From: Lama glama
Taxonomy: Eukaryota
Assembly: GCA_028534125.1 (NCBI GenBank)
Contig: CM052817.1
Coordinates: 1,860,001 to 1,924,000 of the forward strand
DNA: 64,000 nt
Direction of reading: 5' to 3'
Below are positions 42,310 through 53,887 of this stretch, piece by piece. Under the pieces are notes generated by a model. That model was not told the DNA's origin. It searched no databases and was given only the letters and a program-made list of their open reading frames with translations. Position numbers and translations under genes: made by a program. Within the stretch, counting starts at the first letter, position 1. Each line of letters opens with the position of its first letter.

Positions 42310-43269
42310 GTAGCTTTGGGCTTGTCACGTGTGGCCTTTCTTATGCTGAGGTGTGTCCTCTGTGTACAGAGCGTTTTTATCATAAATGGATGTTGAGCTT
42401 TGTCGGAAGCTTCTTCTGCACCTATTGAGATGATCGTATGTCTTTAACTCCTCGTTCTGTTAGCGTGACGTAGCACACTGATTGATTTGCAGGTGTTGGA
42501 CCATCCTTGCATCCCTGCAGTAAATCCTGCTTGTCGTGGGGTGTGAGTGCTTCTGTGTGCTGTTGACTTCGGTTTGCTAGTGTCTCGTGCAGGATTCTTG
42601 CATCTGTCTTCATCAAGGATGTTGCCCTACAATTTTCTTTTTTTGTGGTGTCTTTGTCTGGTTTTGGTGATGAGTGTCTCCATTTCCAAAAGATAGTCAA
42701 AATGAATTACTAGAAGTTTGGAATACAAAGTACAAACCATTGTTTTCTGCTTGTAGACTCAGCAGACACAGAACTGCTCTAGCAAACTATTGCAGAGGTT
42801 CTGTGCCCAGCCCGGCACCACTGGCTCTCAGCTGAGCGCGGGCTCCCAGGCCGCACTCTGGGCAGCGCCGCCCCTGGAAGAGCCCGCGGCCACCGCAGTG
42901 GGGTCTGCTCTTGTCTACGTCTTACTTCTGGGACCCCGTCCTGACAGCTCGTGATTTGCGCTCCGTCTGGCCTACTTTTGTGGACTGTTGGTCCCTGATG
43001 GGCGGCCATCTTGGACTTGGGAGGTCCGTGTACTGTCGGTCTGTCCCGCCATCTTGGGGGCTTGCCCTGCTGCAGACTGAGAGATTGGGTTGACACGGAG
43101 CTTCTTGGTGTCCCCTGCTGGTGTGTGAGTCGCAGATTCTCCCCGTGTCCTTCACAGGCTCTTTTCCCTTATAGCTCTGCTGTTCAAGACACAGTCACAG
43201 CCTGAACGTAAGTCACACGGGGGCCAGCAGGAGGGCTGACTGAGAAAGGGAGGGTTTTCTGTTTGTTAG

Positions 43270-43630
43270 TTCGTAACTGACGTATAATTTACAGTGCAGT
43301 ATAATGCCCTTTTTTGTACCAAACAGAGTCACATTCCCACCACCACAGCTGGGATTTAGAACAGTACTGTCACTTCAGAAAATTCCCTGTGTCTCTGTGC
43401 GGCACCCCCGCCCTGGCCACCCCGGGTGACCTCTGACCCAAGCCCCGTCCTGACGTCTGGCCGACTGCAGGCGCGCAGTGAACGGAGTCGTGCGGTGACC
43501 CCCTGCGAAGGCTGGTTCTTTCGCTGAGCCCACCGTCCGTGTCATGCGTGTGGGAGGTGGTCCCTTGTGGTTGCTACAGGGTCTCCTGGTACAGATGTGC
43601 CACAGTTTTGCTTATCCACTCACCAGCTGG
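43270..43630 (-). mobile_element. Old L1 (L1MB/MC/ME) 3' fragment
   Basis: gtataatttacagtgcagt...ccaccacagctgggatttagaacag...gtacagatgtgccacagttttgcttatccactcaccagctgga. Confidence 0.6.
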
Positions 43631-44436
43631 AAAACAGAGAAATGGTCATTTAAAATTTTTTTGTCTGTAGAATTTTTGTACCAATTCTTTTCTAAATCCT
43701 GAGGCGTTGCAGTTTAAAAACTGACACACCCCCGAGGATTCCTGCCCCGATGTCCTCGCCACGTCCGCTGAGCCCAGCGGAGGTGTGCAGGTGCCCTGTG
43801 CGGAGGGGAGTGTGGTCCTGCTGACCCTGGAGTCACATGGCCTGTTTCCAAGTGTGGCGACTGATGTTTTAAGGGTATGGCTAGAACTGAGAGTCCAATT
43901 CCCGTCTCCTTAGAAAGAAAACAAAGTGAGAAGTAAACGTGGAGTGCAGGACCATCACTCGTGGGGAATGAACAGGGTGTCCGTGATGGCGTACACCCTG
44001 TGGCGTGTCTGGGGTTGAACACTTTGTTGCTAATGGAGGAGCAAAGCGTGACGGTTTCCTGCTGGCGCTCGGCGGCTTCGCCCGGCTGGACCCGGGAGCC
44101 CGGGAGCAGCGGCCGCACCCTCAGACCCAGGCAGCGGCAGGTCCCGGAGGAGAGCATCGGTGCCTCGCGCAGCTTGACGGCAGAGCCGCCTTCCAGACCA
44201 GCCTTGTCACTTTCTGCCCGTTGAACCCTCTGTTTTCCTTAGTTTTCTGTGTGTGCTTTGTCGTGGCTCAGGAACAGGCAGCCGCGAGTACGTACGTCTG
44301 ACACACGGCACGCTGCTGTGTTTGAAGGAACTGTCTGCTTGAGAACCGGGACTGGACAGCAGCCGTCTTCAGGGTTTCGAAAGTAAGCCGGCTGCCATCT
44401 CAGAAACACTGTCCGAGCGTCTGTTGTTCCTTCTAG

Positions 44437-44578
44437 GAGACGCAGTTTGTCCGGCACGAAGTCTCTCAGCCCCCTGGTGTCTGGAGAGGAGGAGGATTCC
44501 ACCTTGGCTTCCAGCCTGGGCGTGTGCAACAGAGAAATTGTGCGGCGGGGAGCCCTCATCCTCTTCTGCGACTATGTT
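44437..44578 (+). CDS. HTT: Huntingtin exon 42 (142 nt)
   Basis: tctag|GAGACG...ATGTT|gtgagt; [47 protein letters not shown]. Confidence 0.96.
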
Positions 44579-46004
44579 GTGAGTGTGGAAACGCGGGTCG
44601 TGGCAGGGTTGGGGCTGGAGGCCGCCCTTTGCAGACGAACTTCTGCAGGTGCCTTCCCCCGTCAGCACGAGACCAAAGTCAAGGTTGAATCCTTCTGTGA
44701 TGTACGACCAGCAAGCAGCCTGGGGTTTTTAAGTCTGTCTGTAAAAGGTTCGGCGCTGTCCCGCTCACGGTGCTGGGCGCGGCTGTCCCCAGGAGGGAGG
44801 CTCCATGTTTGCTGTGCAGGTCTCATTAAAAAATGATTTTAATCTGTGGAAAGGGTGTTAGATTTCATTGCTGCCTTTTAAAACAGATTCCTGTTTGAAT
44901 GTCATTCTTTTGTTAAAGAGAATAACTCTACAGGGGATTTTGACCATAAAACTAGCATCACTTGTTGAACAGAGAAAATTTACAAAAACTAAGTAAGTAA
45001 GTAGAAGAAAATGAAATCTGTCAGCGTATTACTCAGAGAGGACCTGCTGTTGGACTCTCCCAGGGCTTCGCGCCTTGTCCGCGCTGCTGCGAGGGGCGTG
45101 TTCCTCACGGTGGGCACGGTGCCACATGCCCGTGTCGCAAGCCAGCGCGCTGCGGGGCCTCCTGGGTCCTGAGAGAAGAGGCTTCTCTGCCCGCACTGCT
45201 TCCTTGCAGACTAGCACCTGCCTAATCTTCGTGTTTTGCTTAAATTCTTGATGTTGAAATAGTCTTTCTATCTTGTTCCATTTTTGAGGAGTAATTTGGT
45301 GTAATTATTTTCTGTTTTCACAAAAAAGTAAGAAATATATTAATTTTATAGGTTAATGCTATCAAATTATCCCACGTGGAAACTATAAATCATTAACCCG
45401 ATGTTGAAGAGTTCTTTTTGTTTTACAATTTGCTGCCTAGAAGTTCATTAATCACAAGGAAAGGCAACATGTGGATTTAAGATGGATACTTTGTATCTCT
45501 TTATACGTCTTCCGTGAAATTTCTTCCCTTAAGATCTGTTTGTATTTTGGATTCAGGAATTCTGTCAGAACCGTGACAGTTACAGGGAATTCTTTTTTTC
45601 TACTGACCTGTCCCTCAATTGGAGAGAGAGTAACAGGGAAGACCCGTCAGCAGGCCACGCTGAGGCCAGAGCGATCCTGGAGGGAGCGGGGCCTGCTCGT
45701 GGCGGGGCTTGGGCCAGTCACCCTGCCGCCCTTGGGTGGCCCTGGGCCACACTCCTCTCCGCCTCTGCCCGCTGGCCAGTGTCCCTTGAAGCGGCACAGA
45801 CGGGCCGCAGTGCACGTTGGGGGCAACGGGCCCTGTAGAGCGTGTTCCCACCCACCGGTTGTCCCTGCTCCGACACCGGAGATTTTCAGGGAGGATTAGT
45901 GTGGGGTTGTTTTTCGCTTCCTGCCCTCTGGCCTTTCCTGCAGCATTAGCCTCTGTTCCCTCCGTGTCATTTGAAAATGGTCTCCCTGTTGCCTTTGTCC
46001 GCAG

Positions 46005-46184
46005 TGCCAGAACCTGCATGACTCAGAGCACCTGACATGGCTCATCGTGAACCACGTTCAGGACCTGATCACCCTGTCCCACGAGCCCCCCGTGCAGGAC
46101 TTCATCAGTGCTGTCCACCGGAATTCCGCGGCTAGCGGCCTTTTCATCCAGGCCATTCAGTCTCGCTGTGAAAATCTTTCAACT
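46005..46184 (+). CDS. HTT: Huntingtin exon 43 (180 nt)
   Basis: cgcag|TGCCAG...CAACT|gtaagt; [60 protein letters not shown]. Confidence 0.96.
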
Positions 46185-46310
46185 GTAAGTCTCCCTGGTG
46201 CCCACTGTTGCGCGTTTTCCCTGCCTTACAAGTGGGGTGTCAGCGTTTTTAACCACTCACTTCCAGGTGGCAAAATTCTCCACCTTTCCTTTCCTTCCCC
46301 CCAACCCCAG

Positions 46311-46487
46311 CCCACTGCTCTGAAGAAGACTCTCCAGTGCCTGGAGGGGATCCACCTGAGCCAGTCGGGTGCTGTGCTGACACTGTACGTGGACAAGCTC
46401 CTGTGCACCCCGCTGCGTGTGCTGGCTCGCATGGTCGACACCCTTGCTTGTCGCCGGGTAGAGATGCTTTTGGCTGCAAATTTACAG
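46311..46487 (+). CDS. HTT: Huntingtin exon 44 (177 nt)
   Basis: cccag|CCCACT...TACAG|gtactg; [59 protein letters not shown]. Confidence 0.96.
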
Positions 46488-46753
46488 GTACTGAAAGAAA
46501 CAATGGTGTTGGTTTTTATTGCAGACGTAGCTGGGCGAGCAAACCACTGACTGGTTCTTGCTCTAAGTGGCCACTGAAGGAAACGTATAAGCTGGTCCTT
46601 CCTGTGTGTCTGATACGAACGCTGCTTGCCTTCCTTCTGGCCTGCCTTTGCTGTGATAAGCTGTACACGTCCCTTTTTCTTTTTTAAATGAGCACAAGCT
46701 TACTTGGTTTGTTGTGTGTTACAACCCCACTGACGTGTTCTTGTCTCCTTCAG

Positions 46754-46830
46754 AGCAGCACGGCCCAGGTGCCAGTGGAAGAACTAAACAGAATGCAGGG
46801 ATACCTTCAGAGCAGCGGGCTGGCCCAGAG
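46754..46830 (+). CDS. HTT: Huntingtin exon 45 (77 nt)
   Basis: ttcag|AGCAGC...CAGAG|gtaatg; [26 protein letters not shown]. Confidence 0.95.
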
Positions 46831-47984
46831 GTAATGCTGGGGCCGGGCGCTCCTTGCGTTTTGTCGCAGCGACTGCAGTTTGGGAGGGGCAGGCTCGGGA
46901 CGAGAGGCTGCGCACTTGTAGATGCGCTTGCTGCAGGGAGGCCGCTCCAATCGGGGGAAACAAAGCAGATCTCGCTTTACAAAAGGGAGGAGCAGCCGGC
47001 AGTGTCACCTCTACGGCATTCTCGCCGCCGCGCTCGCGCTTCTGTGGGCCTCCGGGGGTGGCGGGTGTCCCGTCGCCTCTGCTTACCATCTGTGACGACT
47101 GGGACTGAGTTCTCGGCTGCATCTTTGTGGAATCAAAGCCACAGTCTGACTGCTAACGAAGACTTGAAAGCTGAAAGGCGCGAGAGTCGTTTCTGCATCT
47201 TGTTAAAATTTTGTCTCCTTTTAGCTGTTTATCACCCAGTTCTGTTTGCAAAGTCTTTTAGAGGCTTTGTCAGAAATCTTGGCATCTGTTACCTGAGGAT
47301 GTTTCCATGACTCCAAAATAAATTGGGAGAGGCTTTGACCTTCTTTCTGCCACAAGGGGGGAGGATGTGAGAGAGAGTCTAGTGACCGTGCTGTGACTCC
47401 AGTCTCACGAGGAGCTGTTGGTGGCGTCTGCCTGGGAAGGGGCTACACCCAGCGCAGCAGGCGCTCAGAGGTAGCTTGTCCGTTGCCGGGCGGGTGAAGC
47501 TGGGATTTGCATTATGACGCAGTTGCTCCCATAGCAGGTGGGGGGGGTCAGACTTGATTGTCTTTGACCCTAGACTTAGTATCCAGCCCAGATGAGGAGG
47601 ATTATCCATGTCTTGTGCCCGATGAGGTGACTCTGGTAGGAGGTGGGTGTGAATTGCTGGGAGAGTGAACAGGCTTTGTGCGCTTGGATGCTCGGTGATC
47701 TGTTCTGTGTTTGTAACAAGTGCTTTTGCCAGCTGTTACACCAGGTGTTTCCTGTTGCAATGTTTGAGTGTAAGTGAAATTTCTGAAAAACATTTGTGGG
47801 ACTTAAAACTGTGTTTATTACATGTAAACTAGGGCCTGAATTTGCATCCTGACTTGTTTGAGTGTCCTTAAGAAATAGCTCTGAACAGAAGGTCTCACAC
47901 GTGTTGCACCTGCCATAAGAAGCGCCTGTGACTTCCTCCTGTGCGGCGGGCAGTGTGCTGACCCTGCGTGTGATTGGCTTCCAG

Positions 47985-48123
47985 GCACCAGCGGCTCTAC
48001 TCCCTGCTGGACAGGCTGCGTCTCGCCACCGCGCCGGGGTCGCGTGGCCCCGCTCCTCTGGCCACACCCCACCCGCTGGACGGGGATGGGCCCCTGGTGC
48101 TGGAGACAGTGAGTCCAGACAAG
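47985..48123 (+). CDS. HTT: Huntingtin exon 46 (139 nt)
   Basis: tccag|GCACCA...ACAAG|gtaggt; [46 protein letters not shown]. Confidence 0.95.
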
Positions 48124-49084
48124 GTAGGTATCCAGCAGGTCTGCAGGTGACACACAGGGCCCCCTCCAGGCACCAAGTACCTCTGTCGTCCAGCGGCTGG
48201 GGACGGGGTGGAGGTGCTCCGTGTGGCCCCCGAGGGCGTCCGCCTGCCTGGTTCTTGCCGGCTGTGGAGAGAGTCAGCGACAGGGTCTGTGAGGCCCAGC
48301 CCAGGTCATTAGCTGGGGGCATGGGGTGAGAAGGGAGCGCTGACTTGGGTCATTAGCGGGGCTGAGGGTCAAGGTAATAAAGAGTCGGGAGATGGGGGAC
48401 ACGGGTGGCCGTGGCCTGCACTCACGCCTGCGCAGCCTGCAAGCATGGCCCACCTGGCCTGTCTCCCTGTTTACGCCTGTGACCTGTACGTTGACCCCAC
48501 TGCCCCAAGGGCCTGATACCTCATCCCCTCAGCCCTCACACCTCCGAGCTGGGGACCACCTGGGGCCTGGAGAGAGTTCGGTTTGGATATGAACTTGGAT
48601 TTCAAAATCCAGCAGCCCAGGCGCAGCTCAGCGCAGTCCAGGCCCCTGTCCTCAGGCTGCGCTGCTCCGTGCCTCTGCTGCTCTGCGCCCGGGGGCGGGG
48701 CGGCAGAGCAGACCTCCGGTGGAAGATGATCAGTGCGGTGCTCAGCACGGAGGACAGAGAGTGAGGGCACAGACAGGAGGGCCCGCTGCCCTCAGTGGTT
48801 TACTGTTTTGAGGGGCAGGTGTGAGGAGAAAGGCTGTCCAGACGGGTAATGGTGAGTCCCGAGATGCAGCCTCCGTGGCAGGCAGCATTTCCTGTGGGAA
48901 AGGCCCGTGGTGTGGAGAACAGCTCGCACGGCCGGAGTCCAGTTTGACCGAAGCTGTGGTCATAGTCCCGGGGCCGCCGCAGGGCACGGGGGTCAGTCGG
49001 TGAAGAACAGCGCACGTCCAGTAGCGTTGCAGCCCTTGAAAGCCCTGCGCCGTTGCGTCTGTCACCCCCCTCCTCTTCCTCCAG

Positions 49085-49207
49085 GACTGGTACATACGTC
49101 TGGTTAGGTCGCAGTGCTGGACACGGTCGGACTCTGCACTGCTGGAAGGGGCAGAGCTGGTGAATCGGATCCCGCCCAGCGACCTGAGCGCGTTCATGAT
49201 GCACGCG
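49085..49207 (+). CDS. HTT: Huntingtin exon 47 (123 nt)
   Basis: tccag|GACTGG...ACGCG|gtatgg; [41 protein letters not shown]. Confidence 0.96.
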
Positions 49208-50753
49208 GTATGGCGGGGGGTGGGGGGCGCCGGCTTTCTCTCGCTGGGCGCGTGGGTCTGACCCTCCCGCTGTCCGGTGACCTGCGTACACCGTGCACCA
49301 TGCACCTCGCCGCCTCGGCAGAGACCCTCGTCCAGGGCTATGACCCGAAAGCACGTGTCACTTCCCACATCAGAGTCCAGAGGAGGAGCTGTGTTTAATT
49401 CAGCTTCCCAGGTCCTCAAAGAAGATAGATTCCTGTGGGTCATGATGAGTTCCAGTTGCTTGTCCTGTGCTCGTGAGGAAGGCTGTCGGGCTGGGGCCGC
49501 AGCACGTGGTCTGACTGACTCGTGTTGGCCTGGTCTTGGCCGTGAAGTTGCCCTTCAGTACCCCTCTGCCTGTGGTAGCAGGGTCCCCCCACCCCCTCAC
49601 TAGGTGTCGCACAGGCGTGCTGCGCAGAGCCCCTGTACCCTGTCCCCAGCTCCTGTGGCAGGTCCGCTGGGGGTGGCCCCCCTCGTGGCAGCACCTGGCC
49701 GCAGCCTTAGCCTGTGCCTTCTCCGACCTCCAGGGGAGTGGCCGATGAACCCTTAGGTGGTGGTGTGCTGCCTTGAGAGGGACCAAGCGGGAGTGAAGCG
49801 GGGACTGGAGTGGGGCAGCAGGGTGCAGGCAGGGGGCAGTGGAGAATGGGTCAGGCATGGCAGGGGCTCGGGGCACAGGCCACACAGCCACGCCTCCCCA
49901 AGTCCCCTTCCTCCATCACCGTGAAATAAAAGCTGCCTTGAGAAGACAGGAGAATCGGCCCAAAACCAGTTTGCTGACCATTTTAAACAGCCATGCAGTG
50001 AAATCTGGTTTGCTGAATGATCAATTTACTTAATAACCAGTTTATTGAATTTTTCAAATTTGCTAGTTGGACATTTAACAGCTTTGAGGAAAAGCTTGGC
50101 CGTGGCGGCTATGACGGAGGGTTCCGTTGTGGTTGCCGACAATGACACACACAGCTCTGAATAGTAACTGAATTACGATTAATATTCCACATGATAATTG
50201 GCCCAGAAAAACCTTTTTTCTCCCCAAAAAAATCTTTAAAGGACTTTTTAAAAAAAAGTCAAAGAACAGTACAGATTGAAACGTTATCACGTGCGATGCC
50301 ATTTTTATGATCAGACCTGTGGCGTTTATCTGGCGACTTTGATTGATTTCAGCTGCTTTTGAACATGACTTATCTTTTTCAAACCTTGGGCACGCTGGCT
50401 GTTTCACTGATTTCTTGGATAGCACATCAGCTTGATTTCGTATTTTTATCAATTAAAGTATCCTCATATTAAATTTTTGATTTCAAATGAATCTGAAGGC
50501 ATAAACAATTAAAATATTTCTTTGAAATTAAAGTACTCGAATGATACCAGAAATCTGCTTTCCTGATCATATGTTACATGGAGCTGCTCGTTTGTTTATA
50601 ACAGAAGTAGAATCAGGTTTTCTTTAGAATACTTTGTGTGCCCTGACCTGTCCATCTTGGAAGCGTCTGCGCTGCCCCCGTCTGTCGTGTCTCTCGTGCC
50701 TGACGAAGAGCCTGTGTGCTAGTCGTTGGTGAACCTTTACTGCTCTGATGCAG

Positions 50754-50967
50754 GAGTTCAACCTGAGCTTGCTGGCCCCGTGCTTGGGCCTGGGCGTGCG
50801 CGAGGTCCGTGGAGGCCAGAAGAGCCCCCTGTTTGAAGCGGCCCGCATGGCGACTCTAGACCGTGTAACAGGTGTGGTCCAGCAGCTCCCCGACTCCCAC
50901 CAGGTTTTCCAGCCCTTTCTGCCCGTGGAGCCCACCACCTACTGGAGCAAGCTGGATGATCTCTTTG
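50754..50967 (+). CDS. HTT: Huntingtin exon 48 (214 nt)
   Basis: tgcag|GAGTTC...CTTTG|gtaatt; [71 protein letters not shown]. Confidence 0.96.
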
Positions 50968-51336
50968 GTAATTAAAGTAAACACTTGTCTAATTTTATAA
51001 AAATGCTGCAGGGCCAGTGCCATGCTTTGCACCGAGTGAAAACAGTGACCGCTGTTGATCTAACACATGGTCGGTGTTTCCAGAGGTCACTGGGCCCGGC
51101 GCTGGGCCGCAGTTCTGCGTGTCCTCCGGCGCGGGGGCCACCGTGTCCCTCCTCCACGGAGCCCATGGGGAGCGCAGGCCAGGCCTCGGGAACACGGGTC
51201 CTGTGTGGCGGGCGTTCTCCTGAGACGCCGTGCCTTTGGCTTCCCTTGATGCTCAGGGAAGCCCTGGACCGCCAGCCCGTCAAGGGTTGGGAGCCTCTGC
51301 CCAAGGCATGCCAACCCACCGAGGCTTGTGTTTCAG

Positions 51337-51482
51337 GGGACGCCACGCTGTACCGGTCCCTGACCACGCTGGCCCGGGCCCTGGCCCAGTTCCTGCTGCT
51401 CTTCCCCAAGCTGCCCGGACACTTGCACCTTCCTCCTGAGAAGGAGCGTGACACCGTGAAGTTTGTGGTCGTGACTGTCGAG
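51337..51482 (+). CDS. HTT: Huntingtin exon 49 (146 nt)
   Basis: ttcag|GGGACG...TCGAG|gtgaga; [49 protein letters not shown]. Confidence 0.96.
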
Positions 51483-52184
51483 GTGAGAGGCAGCTGCATG
51501 GGAGGAGGGGTGGCAGGAAGGCTCTCCCATCTGGAGGGTATCTGGAGGGTGGGGGGTGTCGGGCGGGGGTGCTCAGGCCGGGAGAAGCACGGTGGTGGTG
51601 AGATGAGTACAGACCTTCCAGGGTCTTTGAATACAGTGAGGGGCGGGGCACTGCCAACGTGTGAATCTGTTTCCTCGATGCTGGGATGCGTTTGATTTCA
51701 GCACAGACCATCCATTTAAAATCGTTTCCAGGGGAAGAAGTAGCGCAAACAACATTGATCCTGGTTTTAGATACTTAAAAATAGTAATCTGAGAAATTTA
51801 CTGTATCTTAAATTGAGCAATTAACCTGACATTTCAGCTACGGGGAATTGAATACTGTGTTAACGCTTGTAAACACCCAGACATGTGTACATATTGTGGG
51901 TCTGTTGCCTTTTCATGTGACTTCTGGAAAAGTGGGTCTGGCCTGCATCCTGGGCGGGCAGAGGACACGGCTGACCCAGCCCTGACTGCACCTGCCCCTA
52001 CACGGCAGAGAGGGAAGGGGTCGGGGGCATTCGCACAGGTGTCCGTGCAAGTGCTGCTCGCACCAGGCCGAGCCAGAGAGCAGCGCAGCGGGAAGGCTGC
52101 AGCAGGTGTACGGTTACAGGACCGAGGGACCGCTGCGTGCGGGATGAAGCCCTCTCCCTGCATCTTCTGCTGGGGTCTCACTCC

Positions 52185-52300
52185 AGCCCCGGGAGGCAGG
52201 CTGTTTCCACTTCACAGATGAGGGAAGAGGGGCTCAGAGAGGTTCAGCAACTTCCCAGGTTCACCCACTGGGATTTAGCCCTTCGGCACCTGAACCCCAG
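52185..52300 (-). mobile_element. MIR SINE core
   Basis: ccacttcacagatgagggaagaggggctcagagaggttcagcaacttcccaggttcacc is the antisense MIR core. Confidence 0.75.
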
Positions 52301-52635
52301 CCTGCTGTCTCTGTGGCAGAGGCTGGGCCCTGGCCTGGGGGCCGAGGGAGAGCCTGGTCCACAGGCCTAGCGGCCAGCGGAGGGTGGCTGAGGGAGCCCA
52401 CAGAGCCGCAGGAGGGGGTCGGCCAGATTGGGGTGGCTGTTCCGCTGGGTGGAGACTCTCAGGGAGCCAGGGGTCAGGATTGAACTGAAGAGAGCTGGGG
52501 ACGGTGGCTGAGAGAGCCGTCCCTCTGGAAGAGCAGGTACTGCTGGCCTCTCGAGCTGTGGCCCGTTCCCTGACGGCCCCTGGGTCCAGAGAGAGGTGCG
52601 AGCCAAGCCTTTGTTAACATGCCCTCCCCCCACAG

Positions 52636-52813
52636 GCGCTGTCCTGGCATTTGGTCCACGAGCGGATCCCGCTGAGTTTGGACCTGCAGGCGGGCCTGGA
52701 CTGCTGCTGCCTGGCTCTGCAGCTGCCCGGCCTCTGGAGCGCCCTCTCCTCTCCGGAGATGGTGACCCACGCCTGCTCCCTCATCCACTGTGTGCGCTTC
52801 ATCCTGGAAGCCA
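52636..52813 (+). CDS. HTT: Huntingtin exon 50 (178 nt)
   Basis: cacag|GCGCTG...AGCCA|gtgagt; [59 protein letters not shown]. Confidence 0.96.
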
Positions 52814-53791
52814 GTGAGTCCACGACCGTGGGGTTTCTGTCCTATGTCATCGGAACCAGTAGTCGGCTCTGAACAGCGAGCCACAGTTGTTTACTCTGTG
52901 CCACCTGCTCGCCAGGTGCTGAGTTAGGAGCCGGGGGTGGAGAGGTGGATAAAACACGGACCTGGCCTTAATCTCCAGCATCTTGGAGTCTGCTCTGGAA
53001 TTTAGCTTGAATATGCTTTTGTAGTCATTCATTTAGATTTTGGAGTTCCAGCTTTCATAAAAATACTTGTAATTTGTGTCCTTTTGATCTCTAGTCCTAG
53101 TTGGTCATTTCATCCTTTTAGTCCTAAATGATCATAAGACTAATACGCTTACAGTAAAAAGGTTACTTGTTTTCTGTCATAGTTAGAAGTGCTTGTTTCT
53201 GCACTGCATTGTAACACTAACATATCGTAAAATAAAAGTGCCATTCGTTTCGAGGGACAGTGTCCTTAACAAGGGTCATTAGCCAAAAAATTTTTAAAAA
53301 TTGGACATTACAGTTCCCATGTTAGAGGGAATTTTGCAGCTTTGTATTTTTAAGTTAACATTGTGGAGTGGTATTTTGAAGACTCATTGTTTAAATTGTT
53401 TTCATCTGTGCCATTTGTAGTCAACTTGAAGACGAAGATCCAGGGAGTAATTTGTCAAAGCCAGACTTCTTGGGGGCTGCGTTGGAGCTTTTAGCAGTAA
53501 CGAGTCATGAACTGTCCGATAAAAACCTTTGGGGAAAGAGCTGGGGACAGTGGAAGGACTTGCAGGTCCAAGTGTGCAGTCCAAATCCTTGTGCATTTCA
53601 GATTAACCTGGAGATTGATACCGAGTCGTGTTGTCTAGAATTATCTAAAGTCTTTTCTAGGAAACCTAGCCTTCATTTGATGCAGTCTGTTGCTTCAAGA
53701 TGTTATAAGTCTGCATGAATATGAAGATCTGAATTATAAGAGATGATAAAAATGTTTGAAAATTCTTCTGTCTTTTCTGTTACGGTTTTAG

Positions 53792-53887
53792 TTGTGGTGC
53801 AGCCTGGGGACCAGCTTCTTGGTCCAGAAAGAAGGACTAACACCCCAAAGGCTGCCAGAGAGGACGAAGTGGACTCAGGCGCTCCGA
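53792..53887 (+). CDS. HTT: Huntingtin exon 51 (96 nt)
   Basis: tttag|TTGTGG...TCCGA|gtgagt; IVVQPGDQLLGPERRTNTPKAAREDEVDSGAP. Confidence 0.94.

Larger units (their letters stand above)
41035..42673 (-). mobile_element. L1 ORF2 (RT-region) fragment, interrupted by a younger L1 and by an assembly gap
   Basis: Minus-strand ORFs give PKPDKDTTKKENCRATSLMKTDARIL and VYKENPQEATKKLSVLINEFSK..QKPAAFLYANN, which are L1 ORF2p RT-region motifs. Confidence 0.92.

Noticed and set aside
50968-51336. Intron 48 length (369 nt) is divisible by 3 and mostly open in frame
   Set aside because: An in-frame TAA follows the donor immediately (GGT AAT TAA), so retention is not frame-preserving.
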